Part shown: piece after piece, positions 1-6,811 of the stretch
How the letters are laid out: each line of letters opens with the position of its first letter
How positions within the stretch are numbered: the stretch's first letter is position 1
Source: an uncultured Aminicenantes bacterium
GTDB lineage: Bacteria > Acidobacteriota > Aminicenantia > UBA2199
Assembly (NCBI GenBank): GCA_965195285.1
Contig: CBDAFS010000048.1
Location: 1 to 17,046, forward strand
DNA: 17,046 bases
Reading direction: 5' to 3'
Position numbers and translations under genes: made by a program
The notes under the pieces: generated by a model
Databases searched by the model: none
Told to the model about the DNA's origin: nothing
Seen by the model: only the letters and a program-made list of their open reading frames with translations

Positions 1-350
1 TTTTGCTCCGGAATCCCTTCCAGGGCCCGCACCACTTCGTCATCGGTTATTTTCTTGGCATTTTCAATGGTTTTCCCCTTGGCCAGAACCGTCATCATAC
101 TGCTGGTGGAAATGGCTCCCGGACATCCAAAAGTTTTAAACTTGATATCCGCAATCTTTCCGGATTCCACTTTTATCCACAGTTTCAATACATCCCCGCA
201 GGCAGGATCACCGCATAGAGAAAATCCGTCCGCCTCATTTTCTGACATTTCTCCGACATTTTGGGGATTGTTGACGTGGTCCATGACAATTTCATTGTAG
301 AACAGCACAGGGCCGGACATGCTCTCAAAATCGTTTTGATCCGCATTCAA
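1..350 (-). CDS. iscU: IscU/NifU-N type Fe-S cluster scaffold protein, 3' end truncated by the window edge (absent from the ORF track)
   Basis: Manual translation from ATG 320: MSGPVLFYNEIVMDHVNNPQNVGEM...GDPACGDVLKLWIKVESGKIADIKFKTFGCPGAISTSSMMTVLAKGKTIENAKKIT...EGIPEQ. It has the MDHxxNP, CGD and FKTFGC motifs. An in-frame TTG at 350 is preceded by GGGGA, so the start is 350 or 320. Confidence 0.93.
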   Translation of the reverse strand, partial: MNADQNDFESMSGPVLFYNEIVMDHVNNPQNVGEMSENEADGFSLCGDPACGDVLKLWIKVESGKIADIKFKTFGCPGAISTSSMMTVLAKGKTIENAKKITDDEVVRALEGIPEQ

Positions 351-371
351 TTTATTCCCCGACAAAGATCA

Positions 372-1061
372 TTATCCGGATGGATTTTCTTTAAGAAATT
401 TACGGATGGCTTCCCGGATATCTTGTATACTAAATTCATAAACTCTTTTCAATCGTCCCAGCCTTTCGGTTCTGGAAATATCCAAAGGAAGTCCCATAAG
501 ATCGATAATATCACGGGCCGGGATACCGGTTTGCCGCTCAATGGACTGCAGACTGTCCTGACCGGTAATGGTCATTTCTACGGATTCGCTTTTGATTTCA
601 AAGCCAGCGGATGGTTTCTCATTCGGGAGAATTTCTTGGGCCGAATCCACCGGACTTTCGTTGGGCCATTGTCTCTGAAGTTGATCCCACATCTTATTGA
701 ATTTTTTATACTGTACATAATTTTTTGGAGTAACAGCCCAGCTGATGAAAATGATCAGCCCCGCCACCAATACGATGGGAACCAGCATCCAGGCCCTTTT
801 CAACAAACTCCGGGTTTTCCCGACAATCCACCTCCATTCAAGAATCAGATGAATTAAAAGCATTAGGGTAAAAACAATGGCAAAATAAGAATGAATACCT
901 CCCCATTGATGCCGGTGAAGTTCTAAGAAATATTTGGAAGCCTCGGTCACATTGGGACCGGAATCGGCAAAAAAAGCCATGATCAATCCGGTTATCAACA
1001 GTCCGAAAAGAGAAACGAACATGACCACATCTACCCAGAATCTGGTAGTTGTTTTTTTCAT
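372..1061 (-). CDS. DUF4405-like membrane protein (His-containing TM region) with a soluble C-terminal domain
   Basis: Three hydrophobic helices and the pattern D...F...LLITGL...WGGIH...IHLILEW. ATG 1061 follows GGAGG, preferred over GTG 1079. Confidence 0.75.
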   Translation of the reverse strand: MKKTTTRFWVDVVMFVSLFGLLITGLIMAFFADSGPNVTEASKYFLELHRHQWGGIHSYFAIVFTLMLLIHLILEWRWIVGKTRSLLKRAWMLVPIVLVAGLIIFISWAVTPKNYVQYKKFNKMWDQLQRQWPNESPVDSAQEILPNEKPSAGFEIKSESVEMTITGQDSLQSIERQTGIPARDIIDLMGLPLDISRTERLGRLKRVYEFSIQDIREAIRKFLKENPSG

Positions 1062-1088
1062 ATTGTATTTACCCTCCACGTATTGGTC

Positions 1089-1334
1089 TCAATCATCTCT
1101 TCTGCAACCATCCCCGGAAGAACAGGGTGGTGTTTCACACCTTTCCTCCCGGCCACAGCAGGTACTGCCTCCGAACCTGTCTCCGGATTTCAGAATAACC
1201 CCGGGAGCGGTAATCAATTTTTCCATTTGGGTTGATCCGCAGTCAGGACAGACAACCGGTTTCTGGGTCAGGGTTTTCTGGAAGATCTCAACTTTCTGAC
1301 CACATTTCTGGCATTTGTAATCATAAATTGGCAT
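1089..1334 (-). CDS. FmdB-family zinc-ribbon protein with Cys-rich tail
   Basis: MPIYDYKCQKCG...CPDCGS is the FmdB/CxxC_CxxC_SSSS signature. AGGGGAG lies upstream of ATG 1334. Confidence 0.9.
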   Translation of the reverse strand: MPIYDYKCQKCGQKVEIFQKTLTQKPVVCPDCGSTQMEKLITAPGVILKSGDRFGGSTCCGREERCETPPCSSGDGCRRDD

Positions 1335-1350
1335 GACAGCTCCCCTATGA

Positions 1351-1794
1351 TTAATTATATGATTCCATAATCTGCCGATCTTCATCCATCAGGTCTCCAG
1401 CCATATTCTCCATTCTCAGGTTTTTCCAGAATGACAGTTTCTGATGGACCTCCCAGTATTTCAGGGGAATGGGGTGGGTTCCGATCCGCACCGGAAGTCC
1501 GTACCGGCTCTCAATATACTCTTTAAACTGTCGGATTCGCGGACAGGGAGGATATCCGACCACCAAACCGGTAGCCAGGTGAATGGCCTGGGCACCGTTC
1601 TTTTTCATCTCCTCGGGAACATATTCGATGTTGCCTCCCGGACATCCACCGCAATAGGAATACCCCACAACCTCAACCTGCTCATTTTTGGGATAGACGG
1701 AAAATCCCCCAACCCGCTCTTTCAAGGCCCTGAAACATTTTCCACCGCCGCAATTCTGATATCGGCCACAAATGATAATTCCAATCTTGGTCAT
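1351..1794 (-). CDS. CGGC domain protein
   Basis: KIGIIIC...CGGGKCF...CGGCPG...AIHLATG...PPCP...GTH matches the CGGC family pattern. Confidence 0.9.
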   Translation of the reverse strand: MTKIGIIICGRYQNCGGGKCFRALKERVGGFSVYPKNEQVEVVGYSYCGGCPGGNIEYVPEEMKKNGAQAIHLATGLVVGYPPCPRIRQFKEYIESRYGLPVRIGTHPIPLKYWEVHQKLSFWKNLRMENMAGDLMDEDRQIMESYN

Positions 1795-1830
1795 TTCCAA
1801 TTCCTGGAATAGTAGGGCTCCGCTGAGAGG

Positions 1831-2283
1831 CTAATGACAGGCATCGCATTTCCCATAAAAATAAACCTCATGACTACCAATATTGAAACGGTATTTCCTG
1901 GACAGGGATTTCTGTATTTTATCGAAAAACTTGACCTCATCATCAATGAAATCATTGTAGTCAATGATTTTTCCACAGCCCTGGCAGACCAGGTGATGGT
2001 GATGCTCCTTGTAATCCCAGGCCAGCTCATAGCGACTCTGGCCATCGCCAAACTCAAATTTATTAATCAAGCCCATTCTTACCAGTAGATCCAGGGTCCG
2101 GTATACGGTGGTTAAGCCAATATTGGGATAATCTTTCTTGATTTTCATATATATATCTTTGGCCAGAAGGTGATCCTCTGATTTTGAAAGCACAATCAGA
2201 ATCACCTGGCGGGGCAAGGTCATTCGGAATCCTTGCATCTTCAATATTTTTTCCATTTCTATCGACCTTTTATTTTTCCTCAT
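1831..2283 (-). CDS. fur: Fur-family transcriptional repressor
   Basis: RMTLPR, IGLTTVYRTLDLL, HHHHLVCQGCG and C-terminal CDAC. AAGGAG lies upstream of ATG 2283. Metal specificity (Fur/Zur/PerR) is not fixed by the sequence. Confidence 0.92.
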   Translation of the reverse strand: MRKNKRSIEMEKILKMQGFRMTLPRQVILIVLSKSEDHLLAKDIYMKIKKDYPNIGLTTVYRTLDLLVRMGLINKFEFGDGQSRYELAWDYKEHHHHLVCQGCGKIIDYNDFIDDEVKFFDKIQKSLSRKYRFNIGSHEVYFYGKCDACH

Positions 2284-2334
2284 CAGCAACTACTCCTTCT
2301 ATCACCTCTGACAAATCTCTAAAAACCGAATATA

Positions 2335-2372
2335 AATCATTTTCATTTTATACCAAATTTGTATTAAATCAA
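2335..2372 (-). promoter_or_regulatory. Possible internal promoter for fur with a degenerate Fur-box core
   Basis: Minus strand TTGATT-16-TAAAAT (also TGgTATAAA), overlapping AATGAAAATGATT (11/13 to AATGATAATCATT). Confidence 0.4.
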
Positions 2373-2441
2373 GCATACCAGAAACAATTTCTCGAATCAA
2401 CTCGGCAATTATGCCAATGATTCAAATGATGATTTTAACAA

Positions 2442-2744
2442 TCAACCGTTACGTGTTTTTCCCCTTCTTCTTTTTCTGATTCCTTTTCCCGGATTGATAA
2501 TTCCCCTCCGATTATATATTTCATCCGTGTCCGAAATTTTTCTACTCTTCAAAAGTCCAAGAATAAATGATCCGAGATACCCGGCTACCTTACCCATTAT
2601 ATAAGCCGGAGATGATTCTTGTTTCTTCAGGCTTAGCTCAGTTTCCGGTAATTGGTTCAGTTCATTTCCGATAATTTCCAGTTCCAATACCTGGATATCA
2701 TCCTCTTTTTTTTGAATTGAGTCACTTTTATTTGTCAATTTCAC
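2442..2744 (-). CDS. Hypothetical protein: acidic N-terminus, one hydrophobic segment, basic tail
   Basis: 100 aa ORF overlapping the DUF5320 gene by 17 nt. Contains AYIMGKVAGYLGSFILGLL and ends GKGIRKRRRGKTRNG. Confidence 0.6.
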   Translation of the reverse strand: MKLTNKSDSIQKKEDDIQVLELEIIGNELNQLPETELSLKKQESSPAYIMGKVAGYLGSFILGLLKSRKISDTDEIYNRRGIINPGKGIRKRRRGKTRNG

Positions 2745-3042
2745 CCATTCTTTTTTTCAATTCGTTAACGGTCTTTTCCATTGAAGTAATCTGGTTCTTC
2801 AAATAGGATTTTTCCTGTTCGGGGCTGAATTCATTCGGCAGGGGAAACCCAGAATTAACCGGACCATAGCCGAGTCCGAAGCCCGCTGCACGGCCAAAAC
2901 CACGTCCCGGACCGCGTCCCATTCCCCGTCCAAAACCACGTCCAACCGCAAATCCCGGATGCGGAAAATCGCTGCAATAACCAAACCCGCGTCCGGTTCG
3001 TGGACCCATTCCGCCGGGTCCGGAGCCATCTCCAAAAGGCAT
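2728..3042 (-). CDS. DUF5320 family protein
   Basis: MPFGDGSGPGGMGPRTGRGFGYC N-terminus, GRG repeats and a C-terminal coiled coil (EKSYLKNQ...ELKKRMGEI). GAGGAGG RBS. Confidence 0.88.
   Translation of the reverse strand: MPFGDGSGPGGMGPRTGRGFGYCSDFPHPGFAVGRGFGRGMGRGPGRGFGRAAGFGLGYGPVNSGFPLPNEFSPEQEKSYLKNQITSMEKTVNELKKRMGEIDK
2894..2943. repeat. Short coding repeats (GRGF/GRGM/GRGP/GRGF, 12 bp period)
   Basis: CCAAAACCACGTCC occurs at 2894-2907 and 2930-2943. Confidence 0.75.
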
Positions 3043-3043
3043 A

Positions 3044-3286
3044 TTATACCTCCTCTATTTTATTGTTTTGTGCTCTTTGATAATGGGCACCTCCTTCACG
3101 AACCAGGGCGGTACCGCATTGGGGGCATCTTTCGTCCAGACAGGGCTTACCTGCTTTTTTGGGAGCCGTATGCCCGCATTTCAGACATACACAGTTTCCA
3201 GAAGCACCCAGACCACGGCCGTATTGTTGGGAAGATCCCCATCTTTGGCCCCGGGGTCGTTGCCCCCTACCATTTTCGTTGGGCAT
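3044..3286 (-). CDS. Small Gly/Arg-rich protein with two Cys knuckles (putative metal-binding)
   Basis: GNCVCLKCG...GKPCLDERCPQCGTALVRE. Strong AAGGAGGT RBS. Confidence 0.85.
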   Translation of the reverse strand: MPNENGRGQRPRGQRWGSSQQYGRGLGASGNCVCLKCGHTAPKKAGKPCLDERCPQCGTALVREGGAHYQRAQNNKIEEV

Positions 3287-3302
3287 GTCATACCTCCTTA
3301 AT

Positions 3303-3321
3303 GAAAATGATTATCATTAAT
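3303..3321. promoter_or_regulatory. Fur box
   Basis: Minus strand ATTAATGATAATCATTTTC is 16/19 to GATAATGATAATCATTATC, with a perfect AATGAT-N-ATCATT palindrome at 3306-3318. It lies between the -10 and the RBS, and fur is in the downstream operon. Confidence 0.85.
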
Positions 3322-3326
3322 ATATA

Positions 3327-3355
3327 ACTATAGTATAAGTTTGCCAACTTGTCAA
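3327..3355 (-). promoter_or_regulatory. Sigma70 promoter of the Fur-box operon
   Basis: TTGACA (3355-3350), 17 nt spacer, TATAGT (3332-3327). Confidence 0.82.
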
Positions 3356-3387
3356 GTTATTTTGAAAAATAAAATTATGGAGTCGGT

Positions 3388-3861
3388 TTAAAAAACTTCC
3401 TTTTTCAGAATCAGCGCTCGCTCTTGGCAATTCGATTCCATTTCCCGCAAATGATCGCTGATCTGAGTGAATTTGTCAGCAATATTGGTATCGGTCTCAG
3501 CACAGGATAAGGAATCGATGATATCCATGATCATACCGATCAATTCAACCAGCCGGTGATCAATTTGCTTGAGTTTATCTTCATCCAGATGGGCAATGCG
3601 TGCCTTCAAATAAACCGGGATAAAAATTTCATCACGTTCTTCAATCTGGGTTTTCATCCTTTCCATTCTGCGTTTCAGAACGACGATGTGTTCCAGTATC
3701 CATAACATCCGCATGCTTTTGGCCCTTTGTTCACACCCCTCCATCTGCCCGACCAGTTCCTTAAATGCGTTGAGAATCCTGGTCCTGATTATTTTTTCTG
3801 CCTCAACCAGCGGATAGGCATTGTAGCCTTTAAAATCTTTATAAATATCTATTTTTTTCAT
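3388..3861 (-). CDS. Hypothetical alpha-helical protein, last gene of the dsrE-tusA operon
   Basis: 157 aa ORF with AAGGAG RBS, 27 nt downstream of the Fe-S gene. No recognisable motif. Confidence 0.75.
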   Translation of the reverse strand: MKKIDIYKDFKGYNAYPLVEAEKIIRTRILNAFKELVGQMEGCEQRAKSMRMLWILEHIVVLKRRMERMKTQIEERDEIFIPVYLKARIAHLDEDKLKQIDHRLVELIGMIMDIIDSLSCAETDTNIADKFTQISDHLREMESNCQERALILKKEVF

Positions 3862-3888
3862 ATTCAGACTCCTTTTTTGAGTCGGCTG

Positions 3889-5136
3889 CTAAATAATGAG
3901 ATTTTCCTCAACCAGTTCACTTAGATACTTGACCTTTACATCCATACCGTAACCGCTTTTGATGGTCTTCAATTGCATCACACAATTTTCACAGGCCGAG
4001 ACCACAATCTTGGCCCCGGTGGCATCGATTTGATCCTTCTTGGCCTTTCCGCTCTTGATTCTGAATTCCTCATTGTCCAGGGCCACCAGGCCGCCTCCGC
4101 CGCCGCAGCACCAGTTATATTCCCTGGTCGGAGCCATCTCCCGGAAATCAGGGGCAACCTTTTTGATAACTTCTCTGGGTTCATCAAATATACCGCCATT
4201 TCGACCCAATTGACAGGGATCATGGTAGGTGATTCCCTCCTTGACCGCCCCCTCTTTTACTTTGATTTTACCCTGTGAAATATAACGGTGAATGACCTCT
4301 ACTATACTACTGACCTTGAAAGGTAAAGGCCCCACCATATATTTCAGAATTCGGTACGCTGTACCGCATTCTACCATCACCACTTCCTTTACATTCAAGG
4401 CCTTGGCTTCCTTGATTATTCTTTTGGCAATAAAGTTGGCCTTTTCCGGATCACCCACAAAAGTACCGAAATTGACACCTTCAAAATAACTCAGGCACCA
4501 GTTTTCCTTGGCGGCATTGAAGATGACGGCCGGGGTGATAATCGAATGAGCGCCGGCCAGGCCGACATAAAGTATATTGGCCTCCTTTTTCTCCATGGGG
4601 ATCAGGCCTTCCGATGATTTGAGTTTTAGCCTTTGCTGAACCTGTTTTTCCAGATCTTTGATAACTGCCTGGTAACCTTCCTTGAATTCATCGATGCTTT
4701 TACCCTTCTCCACCGCCGCATCGGCCAGCATAACCAGTTCTTCCGGAGCGGTTCCATTCCCAATTAACAGTAATTTGGCAATACCCAGTATATAGGGCAT
4801 ATCAATACCAAACGGACAATAAAGCATACAGCGTCGGCACATGGTACAGGAATAAGCCGCTTCCAGAACTTCATCCATGACCTGATCACTTATTTTGGTG
4901 GAATCACCCCAGAAAGGCCACAACAGGCCGGACAAACGGAAATGTTTCCGGTAAATTTTTCTGACCACTTCTGCCCGGTGAACCGGTGAATACTCCTTTT
5001 TGGGGATTCCATAGTAGACATGGCAGGTGTCATAGCAAATACCGCAACGGGTACATAGATCCAGATAATATCTCATGGGCCGGGTCAGCCTGGATTTAAT
5101 GAGTTTTTTTAGTTCTTTTCGCTTTTGTTTTTCCAT
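3889..5136 (-). CDS. HdrD/DsrK/TmcB/HmcF-like Fe-S oxidoreductase (two 4Fe-4S motifs plus CCG domain)
   Basis: CTRCGICYDTC and CTMCRRCMLYCP; ECG; YHDPC...CCGGGGG...SACENC. Confidence 0.9.
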   Translation of the reverse strand: MEKQKRKELKKLIKSRLTRPMRYYLDLCTRCGICYDTCHVYYGIPKKEYSPVHRAEVVRKIYRKHFRLSGLLWPFWGDSTKISDQVMDEVLEAAYSCTMCRRCMLYCPFGIDMPYILGIAKLLLIGNGTAPEELVMLADAAVEKGKSIDEFKEGYQAVIKDLEKQVQQRLKLKSSEGLIPMEKKEANILYVGLAGAHSIITPAVIFNAAKENWCLSYFEGVNFGTFVGDPEKANFIAKRIIKEAKALNVKEVVMVECGTAYRILKYMVGPLPFKVSSIVEVIHRYISQGKIKVKEGAVKEGITYHDPCQLGRNGGIFDEPREVIKKVAPDFREMAPTREYNWCCGGGGGLVALDNEEFRIKSGKAKKDQIDATGAKIVVSACENCVMQLKTIKSGYGMDVKVKYLSELVEENLII

Positions 5137-5140
5137 GATA

Positions 5141-5857
5141 TTATTTCCTCTTTATTTTATGGGAAAAAAACACAAAGATCGAGTGAATCATCTTACTGAA
5201 GGGAAAGAAAATCATGAACAGGTTGGCCAGAAAGATATGAATCACCAGCAGGATATAATGGGGAGATTCGGAAATCTCTTCCGGTATGATGGGGTTAAAG
5301 GCAAACAGGCTGCTCAGATAAGCCCGGAAATCCCCGACCTGAATATCAAACCCGGATTCTGAATACCTGGCGGCCAGATGCATATGGCTGCCAAAGATAA
5401 AGGTCAGGAACAACACAATAAGTAGAATATAATCTTCCGGAATCGAGATCTGGCGTACAGGCGAGCTGAATCGTCTCATCAAAAAATACAGGGTGGTAAA
5501 TGTCAATACAATTCCCACCCAGCCGGCTCCCAGAAACACTTCATGGGAAATCACCTGTATGATTTTAAAATCCTTTATCAACTCCAGATGACCGATAAAC
5601 AGCAGCAAAAATGCCAGGTGGAAGGCCACGATAGCCAGCCATAAAATCTTGCTGCTGCGCCAGGCAGCCGGAACCAGAAAGGAGTCCTTGAGTACTCCCA
5701 GCGGTTTGGGCAATTTTCGGGGGAAAATACCCAGGGTACCCTGAATGGGGGGAGAAAAAACCACCAGCATAAACTTGAACAGTATACCCAGAATGAGGGT
5801 TGCAAAGGCAATATAAACCATGGGCACCATGACAAAATAATAAATACTATTCCACAT
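5141..5857 (-). CDS. NarI/DsrM/TmcC-like di-haem cytochrome b membrane subunit
   Basis: About five TM helices. His pairs H-x9-H (FHLAFLLLFIGH) and H-x17-H (HIFLANLFMIFFPFSKMIH) match the NarI-family spacing, and PFSKxxH is present. Confidence 0.9.
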   Translation of the reverse strand: MWNSIYYFVMVPMVYIAFATLILGILFKFMLVVFSPPIQGTLGIFPRKLPKPLGVLKDSFLVPAAWRSSKILWLAIVAFHLAFLLLFIGHLELIKDFKIIQVISHEVFLGAGWVGIVLTFTTLYFLMRRFSSPVRQISIPEDYILLIVLFLTFIFGSHMHLAARYSESGFDIQVGDFRAYLSSLFAFNPIIPEEISESPHYILLVIHIFLANLFMIFFPFSKMIHSIFVFFSHKIKRK

Positions 5858-5895
5858 GATTCTTTATCCTTACCTTGGAATTGACGGCCAAGGAC

Positions 5896-6138
5896 CTACT
5901 TTAATTTCTTAATATAGAACTTGGATACCGATTCTTCCCTGTCAACCTTGATAATTTCATTGCCGCTGGTTTTGGCCCAGGCGGGAAAATCCGAATGGGC
6001 ACCGGGATCGGTTGTCTCTGCTACCATGATTTGGCCGATCTGCATGGTTTTTATTCTTTGACTCACCTTCACCACCGGTAAAGGGCAGGGCATGTCTTTC
6101 AGATCCATTTCCACATCAACTTTAATGTCTTCACTCAT
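5896..6138 (-). CDS. tusA: TusA/SirA-family sulfur carrier
   Basis: DLKDMPCPLPVVK...TTDPGAHSDFPAWAKTSGNE...FYIKK, 80 aa. AGGAGG RBS. Confidence 0.93.
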   Translation of the reverse strand: MSEDIKVDVEMDLKDMPCPLPVVKVSQRIKTMQIGQIMVAETTDPGAHSDFPAWAKTSGNEIIKVDREESVSKFYIKKLK

Positions 6139-6169
6139 TTAAATCCTCCTGTTTAATATAATTATTTTC

Positions 6170-6712
6170 TTAAATAAAAAGCTGAATTTTACTGTTACCA
6201 GCCACTTCCAAAAATGAAGCCACGCCGACGAAATCCTTGTGGGGATAATCAATCATCTCTTCTCTGGAAAATCCCATCAGATCCATTGACATTTCACAGA
6301 TGTGGATCTTTACACTCAGCTCTGCTGCCAGATCAATCATCTGTTCCAGGGACTGGGTATTCTTTTTCTTCATCAGTTTTTTCATCATGGTTGTGCCCAT
6401 TCCACCCATATTCATTTTCGATAATTTCACCCGGGAGGGACCCTTGGGCAGCATGAACCCGAACATTTTACCAAAAATATCTTTTCCCTTGGACTTGAAT
6501 TTCTTTTTTCTGAGTGCCGCGGTAGCCCAGAAAGTAAAAAACATGACCACCTCAAGCCCCATGGCCACGGCTCCGGTGGCAATAATGAAGGCGGCCAGTA
6601 GTTTGTCCAGTTCTCCACTGAACACCACCATTGCCAACTGATTCCTCTCGTTTGATTGCTCTAAGTCTTTCATCTGCTTTTTTAAATCCTGAATGGTTGT
6701 ATTGACATCCAT
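6170..6712 (-). CDS. DsrE2/DsrE-like sulfurtransferase (DsrE/F/H superfamily)
   Basis: VVFSGELDK..AAFIIATGA...MFFTFW...LSKMNMGGMG...ICEMSMDLMG...GVASFL. GGAGG lies upstream of ATG 6712. Confidence 0.9.
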   Translation of the reverse strand: MDVNTTIQDLKKQMKDLEQSNERNQLAMVVFSGELDKLLAAFIIATGAVAMGLEVVMFFTFWATAALRKKKFKSKGKDIFGKMFGFMLPKGPSRVKLSKMNMGGMGTTMMKKLMKKKNTQSLEQMIDLAAELSVKIHICEMSMDLMGFSREEMIDYPHKDFVGVASFLEVAGNSKIQLFI

Positions 6713-6765
6713 GTTTTCCTCCAGAATCAATTGTTCGCTTTCCCTCAATTGATTGTTATCGTATC

Positions 6766-6795
6766 ATTATAAAAAAATTTTTTCCATATTTGCAA
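6766..6795 (-). promoter_or_regulatory. Internal sigma70-like promoter for the dsrE-tusA-cytb-FeS operon
   Basis: TTGCAA (6795-6790), 18 nt spacer, TATAAT (6771-6766). Confidence 0.6.
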
Positions 6796-6811
6796 ACCTG
6801 ATATCATTGTC

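Noticed and set aside
1061-1091. The FmdB TGA stop is in frame with the DUF4405 ORF (possible selenocysteine or readthrough fusion)
   Set aside because: The TGA follows RRDD at a natural C-terminus, not a Cys position. No SECIS-like hairpin is evident, and DUF4405 has its own GGAGG RBS.
1795-1809. TTCCA-5nt-TGGAA hairpin around the CGGC gene RBS
   Set aside because: The stem is only 5 bp and weak, so it cannot be distinguished from chance.
3889-5857. Calling the pair narI or bona fide dsrMK (nitrate or sulfate respiration)
   Set aside because: No narGHJ, dsrABC or dsrJOP is in the window, so only family-level similarity can be supported.
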